Shown here one piece after another: positions 25,019 to 35,154 of a stretch of DNA of 38,804 nt. The first letter of the stretch is position 1. Each line of letters starts with the position of its first letter. The notes below the pieces were generated by a model. That model ran no database searches. It worked only from the letters and a program-made list of their open reading frames with translations, and was not told the DNA's origin. Origin of the DNA: Lobosporangium transversale (Eukaryota); contig NW_019029012.1 of the NCBI RefSeq assembly GCF_002105155.1, positions 434,001 through 472,804 on the forward strand, in the 5' to 3' direction. Both the position numbers and the translations under genes were made by a program.

Positions 25019-26080
25019 ATGTCAAGTATCCGCATTGCAACCATTCTCTCAAACCTCGCCAACGCTCGACGGCTTCGCGACAGAAGGGGGATAATACAGC
25101 TACCTCGACTCCAGAATAATCGTATCGATTTAGAAACACTTCCTGACGCAGATTTCCGTATGGTGTTCAGGTTTATCAAGGGACAAATGTGAGAAATAAT
25201 CACCCACCTTTGGTTTCCTGAATACTTTCAAACTGTCCAGCGCGACACCGTTAGTGCCTTTGAAGTATTAACAACCTTGCTGTATCAACTTGCATTTCCT
25301 TCACGACTTTACATCACAATGCAAGTCTTCGGCTGTTCTATTCCGGTCCTTAGTAGGATATTTAATCTTGTTGTTCGGCTTGTGACCATTCGATGGGCAA
25401 GACTCCTTATCTTCGATCCCATCCGATTAACTTGTGCTGCATTTTCTGGATTTGCAAGTAAAATATATGGTGCTGGGGCTCCATTGGATTGCTGCTTTGC
25501 TTTCGTCGATGGTACATTGCGCGCTTCTGCTCGCCCAAGTTTCGGCCAGCGCTCAATTTACAATGGCCACTAACTACCACAGCCATGGATTCAAGTACCA
25601 ATCCTTCCTGACTCCTGACAGAATAATCATTGACTTACGAGGCCCCTACGATGGAAGGATTCATGGTCTGATCACAATGTGGACATCCAGCTTGCATGAA
25701 GTTTTAGAGGAACGTACCTGGACAGAAAACGGACAGTCTCTTGTTATTTATGGAGACCCTATCGCTGCACGTACTAGTACTATTTAGAACAGCTCCTGTC
25801 CCATTAAGCCCACCACAGCTAACCTATATACCTCCATGTCCAAGCATCGAATAGCTGTAGAGTGGGGCTTTACGAGGATGTTCGCCTTCACTGATTTTAA
25901 AAAAAAACCTCAAGGTACTGCTTTCACCCGTTGCCTGATACTATCAATGTGCGGTGATCTTTAAACATCCATACGTGCTACAATGGATCAAGTACATCAT
26001 CTCATTTTGAGGTTGATCCCCCTGCAATTGATGAATATCTCCAGCCTGGTCTATACGACGAGGTTCCCTATCACGAATAA
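25019..26080 (+). pseudogene. Decayed PIF/Harbinger (HARBI1/DDE_Tnp_4) transposase
   Basis: 'FRMVFRF', 'LYQLAFPSR', 'FAFVDGT', 'IYNGH', 'FKYQS..TPD', 'GPYDGR', 'IYGDP', 'MSKHRIAVEWGF' and 'NIHTCYNG' appear in order but are broken by in-frame stops (e.g. near 25190 and 25571) and frameshifts. Confidence 0.85.
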
Positions 26081-26090
26081 ATTTATTTTT

Positions 26091-26510
26091 TTATTTCTTG
26101 GATAAGAATTCAAGAATTGCCCTAGCAACAGCATGTTGCCCTGATCTATCTTGCTGTATAGTTCTTAGTACCTCATTAATGCCAGTATGTAATTCTACCT
26201 CCGCAGCTTTTACATGCTCCAAGTACTCCTTTGTTTCGATAATTAGTTTATCTAGCTGTACGTCTGAGTTTGAGTTGTTGACTTGTGTCTGAGGGAGATG
26301 AATCTTCGGGAGATTCTGAAGAATACCTTCGTACAGTCCGTGACATTGCAGCAGCTCGTAAAGCTTCACCATCTCTCAACTCAAGCCATACCCCATGTTG
26401 ACTATAACAGATCAGGATCTAGGAGAGCAACAGCAGCTTTGTTTGAGCCTCCGAGAGCGCGGACCCTCCCGTTTCAGCTTCTTCTGTGCTTCCTGAATAT
26501 TGTCAGGTCT
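26091..26510 (-). pseudogene. Remnant of a probable Harbinger accessory (second) ORF, convergent with the transposase
   Basis: Tail-to-tail with the transposase, 10 bp apart. A charged/helical sequence 'ELRDGEALRAAAM' lies in one frame and the C-terminus 'ILEFLSKK' in another, implying a frameshift. The 5' end was not resolved. Confidence 0.45.
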
Positions 26511-27279
26511 TCAAAAAAAAAAAAAAAAAAAAAATTATGAAATTTAATGTAAGCTTTCGAACAATACACTTAGGCTCATTCCCATCCCTCTCCGTAAGTG
26601 CATGTTTATCATAATGCCCCTATTTTTGGATGCTACCTACTGGAGGTAGCCTAGGGCTGGTACATAACTTGACCTTTTACTATACCTCGGCAAGAAAGGT
26701 GTTGCGATTAGCAGTCATTTACATGGGTTTTTACTATAGCTAAGATTTTTACCCTTTTTATTTAACGAAGATCCCCGGATCATAATAAAGACATCTTTCT
26801 TTCGTTCTCGTTACTTATTATGATCCTGGCATATTTCAAAAGGAAAGTGATTAAGAGTTGGAGTTACTCATCCACCTGACTGAATCAAAAATATGCTATC
26901 TCTTACCTTAACTTCAAAGAAAATTCACTAAAAATATCACCTACAAGTCATTCCGTGTAACCATCTTGTTTATTGGAAACCGTATCCCGTCAACATTTTG
27001 AGGCTGTTTTTTCTGAGGAAAAACAGAAGAGATATCAAAATCAACACCTATAAACTTAAACTTAAAGGAAAAGGAAGCTGGAGCCCTGGTGTCAGTTCCC
27101 GAGGCAATCGCCATGATTGGGTCCAACAACGCCTTTCTCAAGGCCTACAGAGCACAAAGGAACAAGAAAAAGGTTTGTATTTAATAAAACTAAATTTGCT
27201 ACTATCACGGAATGTAATTTAAGAACCACAGTTTGCTGCTCAAATAGATCTTTTTTACTCGATTCTGCCTTGTACGATA

Positions 27280-27516
27280 ATGCCGAAAGTGAATAAATCA
27301 GCCAAGGGGCCAATCTCTAAATCTTCAACCACGGACAATCAATCTCCAGCAAAGCCCAAGAACAATGAGTCTACCGAGCCATTCAAATTGAGTTTCTATT
27401 GCATTGTAGAGGAACAATCGGAACCCTTCCCAGGGGACATTCTCGCTAACCAAACTATTGACGATTTAAAGAAGGCCATCAAAGCAGAGAAGCCTGGCCT
27501 CGATCATGTCGCCGCT
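27280..27516 (+). pseudogene. Crinkler (CRN) family N-terminal ubiquitin-like domain, truncated by LTR element A
   Basis: 'KLSFYCIVEEQSEPF...NQTIDDLKKAIKAEK...HVAA' matches the CRN N-terminal pattern. Similarity stops exactly where the LTR terminus begins at 27517. Confidence 0.7.
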
Positions 27517-27602
27517 TGTAATAACTAAGAGAGACAAAAGATGATTTTATTATAATTATTAAAACAAGCCTTTTTATAGGCTTAAGGCTATATACTGTCA
27601 CA
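27517..27602 (-). repeat. Putative 3' LTR of element A (86 bp)
   Basis: On the minus strand it begins TGTGAC right after the PPT, contains TATAAAA then AATAAA, and ends ATTACA at the Crinkler breakpoint. The partner LTR is not in the window. Confidence 0.7.
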
Positions 27603-27622
27603 CCTTCCCATTTTAAAAAAAA

Positions 27623-29019
27623 TTATAGTCTATGTGTTTTCTTGTATTTCTTCAGTATCCTGGTGCAGTTTGTAAGGGTGCTCTCTGGCTGCCAAGTGGA
27701 GTCCTCTCTAGGGTAGCCTTTCCATTTAATGAGGAACTCCTGGCGATTGCTACTGAATCGATGGTCTAAAATAGCTTCGACCTCGTATTCCCCTTCATCA
27801 TCAATAATTTCAGGCGGCGGCCGTGCTGGAACTCTGGGCCCTAAGGCCTCTGGCGATGGAATGTATTTTTTAAAACGGTCCACATGGAACACATCATGGA
27901 TCTTCATCGTATTTGGAAGTTCTAATCGGAATGATACAGGCGAGATTTGTTCGACAATGGTATGAGGCCCAGCGAATAATGCTCGGAGCTTTTCCGTCGG
28001 CCTGTTCTTATCAGCGTCAACGGTGATATCATCTGTGCTGAGTAGTACCTGGTCTCCAACAGTAAATGAGTGATCACGTCGGCGAGCATTTGCGCCTCTT
28101 GCCTGCCTCTCTCTTGCTTCTTCCATGGCTTCCTTTGCCAACGTAAGCGCCGCGCTTTGGGACTCCAAAAATTCTTTCACACTAGGGTTTGATGATGTGT
28201 GGATGGTAGGTTGTAGAAGAGATGCTGGGACACGCGGGTTAAATCCAGCATTCAAGAAAAAAGGTGAAAATCCAGTTGACGCGTTAACCGAGTTGTTGTA
28301 GGCAAATTCAGCAGCGGAAAGCAATAGGTCCCAATTGGTTTGTCGTTGATCTACAAACGCACGAAGGATTGTTTCCAATGTCTGGTTGGCGCGTTCGGTC
28401 TGGCCATCTGTCTGCGGATGAAATGCTGTGGACAAGGCGAGTTTGCAGCCCATGAGCCGATGGAGTTCTTGCCAGAACTTGCTAGTGAATTTTGTATCAC
28501 GGTCCGAGACGATGGTTTTAGGCATGCCATGAAGCCTGAACACGTTGTCAAAGAAGATCCTAGCCACATCTGAAGCCTTGTCTTTGGTGGTGCTAGGCAC
28601 AAAATGCACCTGCTTGGAGAATTTATCAACAAATGCTGTGATGGCGTCGAAACCTCTAGGAGTCTTGGGAAGCTTGACAATAAAATCCATCGTCACAGTA
28701 CTCCAGCGTTCTTTGGGGGTCGCGAGGGGATGGAGCAGGCCTGCAGGGCGTTGTCGGCTAGGCTTGTTGCGTTGGCAGCTTTCACAGGTTTGGATATAAT
28801 TGCGAGTATCGCGAGCGATCCTGGGCCAGAATACATAACGACGAAGGATATCATAGGTCTTATCGAATCCGAGATGTCCGGCTATAGCGGAGTCGTGAGC
28901 GTCGTGGAGAAGGGTAAGACGAATATCAGACTTCTGCGGAATACAGACTAGGTTTGTTCCGCGACGCCAAACATATAAAAGTCCATCATGTAACGAGTAG
29001 CGAGGCGGAGGACATTTCT
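27623..29019 (-). CDS. Integrase + chromodomain portion of element A pol (the first ~25 aa of the ORF-track protein are LTR-D sequence)
   Basis: Uninterrupted frame with 'HDSAIAGHLG', 'CESCQRNK', 'TMDFIV', 'SDRD' and 'DGQTERAN'. Confidence 0.85.
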
Positions 29020-29465
29020 TGAAAAATATTTTGCGGATAGATCGTAACAGTAGAAAAAAGTTAGTGAGAATAAGATGTGGGTCCACACACCACACCCATG
29101 GATTCTTTATTCATTTCTGGTAGAGGGGCTTGTACCAGATAACTACATATCTATCTATAAGACAGCATGGGTTCTCATGTCAAAGATTTGTCGCGTCTTA
29201 GTGTGCAAGCGAAATCACTATAATAATTTTGTGCAACATAGTATTTCGCCCATATTTCTAGAGCATTCCTTGCAACAGGATATTAACTAGTATAAATAGG
29301 TCTACTTTTCTATCTAGTTCTGTAGCATAGTTCCCCCTGAATAAAGATACCTTTATTGCACCCTTAGATCCCCCTAGAACACTACCTTGACTTTTGCATT
29401 GGTAGCAAAGGAAACCACGACCACACCCAGAGAACTACAATTACCATTGAATTTCACCCCTCGCC

Positions 29466-30437
29466 ATGGAACACTTGAATAACGCCCTTTCGTCCATCGA
29501 TCTTCCTCTGAACATTCGCGAAGCCATAGCTACTGCTTTTAATCAGGCCCTCTCTACTGCTAAAGCCAACGAAGCCGCTGAGAATGACCTAGCCAGAACC
29601 CTCGCCACGGTCCTAAAGCCACAGAAGCCTACGCCTTACGAAGGAGCTATTAACGCTGTTGCAGCCTTAAACTTTGTCGACAGCCTGGAGGAGTATTACA
29701 CTATTGTCACACTCACGCCATCCAAATGGGTTCGATACGCTGTCCTCAGTCTCAATGGCGAAGCCAAGGCATGGTGGAGAGATTCCGGGTTGAATCTCGA
29801 TACACCTTGGGCTGACTTCCGTAAAGCATTCCTCCGTCAGTTCACCCCTCCAGATTCTGCGAATGCAGCTCGCCGAGCGTTGGATAAACTTCGTCAGGGA
29901 AGGATGAGTGTGGCAGAATATACGAGCAAGTTTAGAAGCCACCTACGTCTGGCTACAAATCTCGACAAAGACTCTGCTTTGCAAAAATACATGCTAGGCC
30001 TTGAGCCCGAAACAAGCAAGCAGGTAAGACTTAGACAGCCAGAGACGTTGGACGATGCCATTGAGCAGGCGACCATTGTCCACAGTATTCTACATCCCAT
30101 CGATGCCACCCCTGTATCCGCTACCCCGAACGCCTTATCACCCCATCATGAGAATAATTCTGGCCCTACACCAATGGATCTCGATAACATGAGAATGTTG
30201 GTTGCCAACCTGTACACCTCTCTCCATCAGCAACGACCAAACAGAAACCACTCCAAGCCAAGCTCGCTACCCAAGCTCACAGCAGCTGAACGAGAACGTT
30301 GCGTTCGTGAGGGGCGTTGTTTCAGATGCCGGAACCGAGGTCATAGAGCCGAACAATGCCAACGCACCTCTGTCTTTAATATAGAAAACAATGACCATAC
30401 GCTTTCTGAGTCGGGAAAAGAGGAGGGCGAGCAGTAA
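29466..30437 (+). CDS. gag: Element B Gag (capsid + CCHC zinc knuckle)
   Basis: 'GEAKAWW', 'LRQGRMSVAEYTSKF', 'PTPMDLD' and 'CFRCRNRGHRAEQC'. Confidence 0.93.
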   Translation: MEHLNNALSSIDLPLNIREAIATAFNQALSTAKANEAAENDLARTLATVLKPQKPTPYEGAINAVAALNFVDSLEEYYTIVTLTPSKWVRYAVLSLNGEAKAWWRDSGLNLDTPWADFRKAFLRQFTPPDSANAARRALDKLRQGRMSVAEYTSKFRSHLRLATNLDKDSALQKYMLGLEPETSKQVRLRQPETLDDAIEQATIVHSILHPIDATPVSATPNALSPHHENNSGPTPMDLDNMRMLVANLYTSLHQQRPNRNHSKPSSLPKLTAAERERCVREGRCFRCRNRGHRAEQCQRTSVFNIENNDHTLSESGKEEGEQ

Positions 30438-30482
30438 ACCAGGCCTGCCTCGCCCCCTCTAGCCCCAGCCTTCAAGCCCTGG
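30413..30482 (+). other. Candidate -1 ribosomal frameshift signal of element B (slippery G GGA AAA + predicted pseudoknot)
   Basis: Heptamer 30413..30419 is in the gag frame. Stem GGGCGAG-CAG (30425..30434) pairs with CTG-c-CTCGCCC (30445..30455). Loop CCAGG (30439..30443) is complementary to CCTGG (30478..30482). Confidence 0.65.
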
Positions 30483-30506
30483 ATAATAGAGGGCATGGTC
30501 AGTTAG

Positions 30507-33500
30507 TTGATGACTACAAATAAAAATCCTTTGTGCACAAATATAACATCCATGCCCCTTTCTGATCACTCTATTGCTCCCACTGCATCTACTTCCTTAC
30601 ATCTACTCTCTAAGTATTCACCTCATCCTGATCCCCATTCCCCTACTCATTCCTCATTGCTAAAAAACAATCCCCTCTCCGACCCTATTTTCCCCTCCAC
30701 TGATCCTTTCACTGTTTCCACTTCACTCACTTCCACTCATTCATCTACCCCTAGTTCATCCAATCGCCACTCCCATTGTCGTAACGAAATTCGCCTTCAA
30801 TCCTTCAGCCTTACCTATGACAAACATAAAAACTCTCGCCGACTTCTTACTTTCATTGGAGCAGTGAATGGTCGACCTGCGCGCATTCTTGTAGATGGAG
30901 GGGCCGAAGGCAATGTCATAAGTTCCTCTTTCTGCGAGAACACACATGTTCCGCTAATTGAGGGTAGACCCATTCCTGTCATTCTTCCCAACGGTACCGA
31001 GACAATTGCTCAGCACACAGCCACGTTCACCCTCGCCCGCAACGCGTATCAGGATAAAATCAACGCCATTGTTTATCCTCTATCCAAATACGACCTAATT
31101 TTGGGTAAACCATGGCTGACGGATATCAACCCTCGCATCAATTGGCGAACAAATGATCTGCATTTTGAATACCAAGGTACCCCGGTCTTGTGGCCTTGCA
31201 CTGGCATCGACAGGAAGCCTAGACAGCGATCTTCCGTCATATCTGCTCTTAACTTCCTTACCGTTGCCTCGGAACCTGATGCCTCTGTATTCCTCGCCCA
31301 AGTTCGAGTTCCAGTACCTGTCTCTAGCAGTAGTTCTGAACTACCGGACTCTATCAAGCAAATCGTTCAAGTCGAATTCCCTGATGTCTTTCCTACAACG
31401 CTTCCCGATGGCCTTCCCCCTGACAGAGGTGATAGCATGCGTATAGAGACTGACCCTTATGCTGACCCACCTGTCCGACCTGTCATCAGATTGTCGATCG
31501 CTGAGCTTGATGAACTGAAGAAGCAGCTAACTGATCTTTTACAAAAAGGATTAATCTCACCGAGCACCTCACCATACGGTGCTCCAGTCCTCTTTGTGAA
31601 GAAAAAGGATGGCTCGCTTCGAATGTGTGTTGATTATCGGGGCCTGAACAAGATCACAAAGAAAAACAGGTACCCCTTACCACGGATCGATGAATTGATC
31701 GACAGATTCAGAACAGCTAAATGTTTTACCAAGCTGGATCTACTCTCGGGCTATCATCAAATGCGTGTCCATCCTGATGATAAACACAAGACCGCGTTCC
31801 GAACTCGCTATGGCCACTACGAGTTTAACGTCGTACCTTTCGGTCTTACAAATGCACCTGCAGCGTTCTCGACTATGATGCGTAACGTACTTGATCCACT
31901 TCTTGATAAATGTGTTGTTGTGTATCTCGATGATATTTTAATTTACTCCGATAACGAGAAAGATCACTTAGAGCACATCCGACAAGTACTCTCCCTCTTG
32001 CGTCAAGCTGGGCTTTATTGTAAATTATCCAAGTGTTCCTTCATGCAGGAAGAGACTGAGTTCCTAGGCCATGTCATCTCCAAGGATGGACTCAAGACGA
32101 ATGGCGGACTTGTCAAGGCAATAAGGGAATGGCCAGTACCAACAACCCAACGACATGTGATGCAATTCCTTGGTTTGACTAATTTTTACCATCAGTACAT
32201 TTCTCATTACGCTGATATTGCTCTTCCCCTCACACAATTGTTAGGCTCCAATAAGGAATTCCACTGGGGAAAATCTCAACAAGACGCCTTTGAGACTTTG
32301 AAAAGAGCAGTGAGCTCAGCACCAGTTCTTAGGATATTCGATCCTGCCCTCTCTACAGCAGTCGAAACAGACGCTTCAGGCTTTGCAATTGGTGCTGTCC
32401 TGTTCCAGACGGACCAAAATGGTGAATCACGACCAGTAGCTTTTACTTCACGCAAGCTCAACCCAGCGGAACGCAACTATCCTACACACGAACAAGAACT
32501 GCTGGCTGTGGTGCATGCTCTGAAGACATGGCGATACTACCTTGATGGTTCTCACTTTGTCGTTTATACCGACCATGCCACTCTACAACATTTTCCTAGC
32601 CAGCCGAACTTGACTCGCAGACAAGCAAGATGGATGGAGTTGCTTCAAGAGTATGATTTCGTATTCAAGTATAAACCTGGTAAAGATAACGTCGTCCCTG
32701 ATGCTCTTTCACGAAGACCGGACCTCAAGGACTTGGAGGCTACACCTACTACTTTGAACTCCTTGGATATCAATCTAGACCCTGGCATTCGAAAACAACT
32801 AGCCAGTTGCTACCTACACGATCCAATTCTAGGTCCCCTCGTGCATCAGTATAAGGATGCCTCTACCTCGGATCGTTACTTCGTGGTGGATGGTCTACTC
32901 TGGATCAACGCTGGACAAGGCCCTCGCCTCTGCATACCCAAGGACGACGGACTCCGTTCACAACTCTTGCATGACGCTCACGACGCTCCTATATCAGGCC
33001 ACTTGGGATTCGATAAAACGTACAGTAGCATGCGACGAACATATTTTTGGCCACGCATGGCGAGGGATATAAAAAAATACATTGCTTCCTGTGAGCAATG
33101 CCAGCGTAACAAGCCTTCACTAAAGCCTCCTGCAGGGCTTTTCCAACCTTTGGCAATTCCAAGCCAACGATGGGATACTGTAACAATGGACTTCATTGTC
33201 AAGCTTCCGAAGACAGCCAGAGGTTTTGACGCGATTACGGTCTTTGTGGACAAACTGTCCAAGCAAGTTCATTTCTGCGCTAGCCGAACTACCGACACTG
33301 CCTCTGATGTTGCACGACTCTTTTTCGACAATGTTTTTAGACTGCACGGCATGCCTCGGACAATTGTGTCAGACAGAGATTCACGTTTCACCGGCAAGTT
33401 CTGGACAACGTTGATGAAGCTCATGGGCACCAAACTTAACATGTCTACTGCCTTCCATCCACAATCAGACGGACAAACAGAGCGCGCCAACAGAACATTA

Positions 33501-34250
33501 GAAGAAATGCTCCGCTCTTACATATCGTACAAGCAAAACGACTGGGATCTTTTACTGCCTATGATGGAGTTCGCATACAACAACTCTGTCAATCCTACGA
33601 CAGGCTTCTCCCCATTCTTTCTGAACTATGGTCACCATCCACTAGTCCCTGGATCTCTTTTAAAGCCACCTGATACCAATGTTCCGGCTGTCAGTGATTT
33701 TGTTCGAACCCAGTCGATGAATTTGGCGCTAGCTCAGGATGCCATCATCGAAGCGCAGAATAGGCAAAAGGCCCAAGCGGACAAAACTCGCAGGCCTGCT
33801 ACGTTTGCTGTGGGTGACATGGTGCTCTTAAGCTCGGAAAACATCTCTGTCGCGGGACATAAAAATAGGCCGTCGCAGAAACTGGAACCTGAGTACATAG
33901 GCCCTTACAAGATCATTTCGAAGGTCAATGAAAATGCCTACAAGCTGGAACTACCGCCTGACATGCATCAGCATCCAGTCTTTAATGCCGATCTGCTTCG
34001 CCCCTATATTGAGTCGCCTCGTGAATTCGGCGACCGCTTACCACCACGCCCTGCCCCCGAGCTTGTAGATGGAGAAGAGGAGTATGAAGTCGACAAAATC
34101 ATTGACTTCAAAATGTTTGGCAAAACTCCTAAGTGGCTCGTTCTTTGGAAAGGCTATCCATTAGATGAAGCCACTTGGGAAACAAAATCTTCGCTCGCAA
34201 ACGCTAAAGAGGCGCTTGCCGTCTTTGAGGCTTCAAGAAAAACAAGATAA
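30507..34250 (+). CDS. pol: Element B Pol: protease - RT - RNase H - integrase - chromodomain
   Basis: 'ILVDGGA', 'LRMCVDYRGLN', 'YLDDILIYS', 'TDASGFAIG', HHCC, DDE, 'YIGPY' and chromodomain 'YEVDKII...WKGY...ATWE'. No internal stop over 1247 codons. Confidence 0.95.
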   Translation: MMTTNKNPLCTNITSMPLSDHSIAPTASTSLHLLSKYSPHPDPHSPTHSSLLKNNPLSDPIFPSTDPFTVSTSLTSTHSSTPSSSNRHSHCRNEIRLQSFSLTYDKHKNSRRLLTFIGAVNGRPARILVDGGAEGNVISSSFCENTHVPLIEGRPIPVILPNGTETIAQHTATFTLARNAYQDKINAIVYPLSKYDLILGKPWLTDINPRINWRTNDLHFEYQGTPVLWPCTGIDRKPRQRSSVISALNFLTVASEPDASVFLAQVRVPVPVSSSSSELPDSIKQIVQVEFPDVFPTTLPDGLPPDRGDSMRIETDPYADPPVRPVIRLSIAELDELKKQLTDLLQKGLISPSTSPYGAPVLFVKKKDGSLRMCVDYRGLNKITKKNRYPLPRIDELIDRFRTAKCFTKLDLLSGYHQMRVHPDDKHKTAFRTRYGHYEFNVVPFGLTNAPAAFSTMMRNVLDPLLDKCVVVYLDDILIYSDNEKDHLEHIRQVLSLLRQAGLYCKLSKCSFMQEETEFLGHVISKDGLKTNGGLVKAIREWPVPTTQRHVMQFLGLTNFYHQYISHYADIALPLTQLLGSNKEFHWGKSQQDAFETLKRAVSSAPVLRIFDPALSTAVETDASGFAIGAVLFQTDQNGESRPVAFTSRKLNPAERNYPTHEQELLAVVHALKTWRYYLDGSHFVVYTDHATLQHFPSQPNLTRRQARWMELLQEYDFVFKYKPGKDNVVPDALSRRPDLKDLEATPTTLNSLDINLDPGIRKQLASCYLHDPILGPLVHQYKDASTSDRYFVVDGLLWINAGQGPRLCIPKDDGLRSQLLHDAHDAPISGHLGFDKTYSSMRRTYFWPRMARDIKKYIASCEQCQRNKPSLKPPAGLFQPLAIPSQRWDTVTMDFIVKLPKTARGFDAITVFVDKLSKQVHFCASRTTDTASDVARLFFDNVFRLHGMPRTIVSDRDSRFTGKFWTTLMKLMGTKLNMSTAFHPQSDGQTERANRTLEEMLRSYISYKQNDWDLLLPMMEFAYNNSVNPTTGFSPFFLNYGHHPLVPGSLLKPPDTNVPAVSDFVRTQSMNLALAQDAIIEAQNRQKAQADKTRRPATFAVGDMVLLSSENISVAGHKNRPSQKLEPEYIGPYKIISKVNENAYKLELPPDMHQHPVFNADLLRPYIESPREFGDRLPPRPAPELVDGEEEYEVDKIIDFKMFGKTPKWLVLWKGYPLDEATWETKSSLANAKEALAVFEASRKTR

Positions 34251-34673
34251 TAGGTTTCTTCATGACGGGAAGGATGCAAGCGAAATCACTATAATAATTT
34301 TGTGCAACATAGTATTTCGCCCATATTTCTAGAGCATTCCTTGCAACAGGATATTAACTAGTATAAATAGGTCTACTTTTCTATCTAGTTCTGTAGCATA
34401 GTTCCCCCTGAATAAAGATACCTTTATTGCACCCTTAGATCCCCCTAGAACACTACCTTGACTTTTGCATAGTGTGACGCTTTATTGCCACTAGTTTCTA
34501 CTGCTAGTTTTATTTTTTATCGTACTATTTCAGTTGAAATTTCTCTAGTGTGTTTTTTTTTAAGATCTTCCTCGTTTTTTAGTCGGACCATTATTATATT
34601 GCATATTGAAATATGCAACATTTCTCAAGGCAGAATTTATAGATCGTGGAGAGCTTTGGATCATCAGCGTAAC

Positions 34674-35154
34674 TGTCAAGGACTGACAGGACGAGTGCAA
34701 GAGAAGGTAAGTGATTTAGGAACAAGAATGAACTTAGGAGATTCAAGAATAGTTTTATACTTGTTTGACTGAAGCGGAGACGCGCTTCAAGAACTCTAAA
34801 TAAAGCTTACTCAAATATTTCCTAAGGACTTTTACCATATGCGGAACTTCAAGTGTTGAGTTAACTTAATACACAGGATCCGAGGAAGATATCTGGTGCA
34901 ATCTTATTTCAAGGTTCCTTGGCACTATAAGCCTTGGTTATTGGTTTATAGCTCTTCTAGAATCCTTGGAGCTATTCACGGAGCTAGAAAACTAGGAGAC
35001 GCGACTTGGCTTGACAGGCAAACTATGCATGGAGGAATGAGTGAAGGAAATGAGCGGAACAAATTAATCAAGCACACGTGATCTTTTTCAGATTCGAATC
35101 AGACAAAAGTCATTCATCAATTCATGAGCTAGACATTGCTTGCTGTTCGTGACA
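34674..35154 (-). mobile_element. Solo LTR of family C (481 bp), reverse orientation
   Basis: Reverse complement of 35277..35757, with TGTCA...TGACA ends. TSD GTAAC on both sides (34669..34673, 35155..35159). Confidence 0.93.

Larger units (their letters stand above)
29204..34469 (+). mobile_element. Element B: full-length Ty3/Gypsy chromovirus, 5266 bp
   Basis: LTRs 29204..29398 and 34275..34469 (195 bp, TGCA...TGCA, no difference found by eye). TSD TAGTG (29199..29203, 34470..34474). PBS TGGTAGCAAAGG at 29400, resembling an initiator-Met tRNA site. PPT GGGAAGGA just before the 3' LTR. Confidence 0.97.
29020..34620 (-). mobile_element. Solo LTR D (~330 bp: 29020..29203 + 34475..34620), split by element B
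   Basis: Flanked by a direct repeat TTTCT (29015..29019, 34621..34625). Minus-strand termini are TGTTGC...TTTTCA, with TATAGATA followed by AATAAA. Removing it restores the frame of A. Confidence 0.75.

Noticed and set aside
24862..26750. Harbinger TIRs (TAA-GGGCC... at ~24862 versus ~26700)
   Set aside because: The left end looks plausible, but I found no convincing reverse-complement match on the right, so boundaries were not called.
29012..34625. 8-bp duplication ACATTTCT suggesting a hAT-type insertion
   Set aside because: More simply a 5-bp TSD (TTTCT) plus the ACA terminus of an LTR. There are no real TIRs, and TATA/AATAAA are in LTR order.
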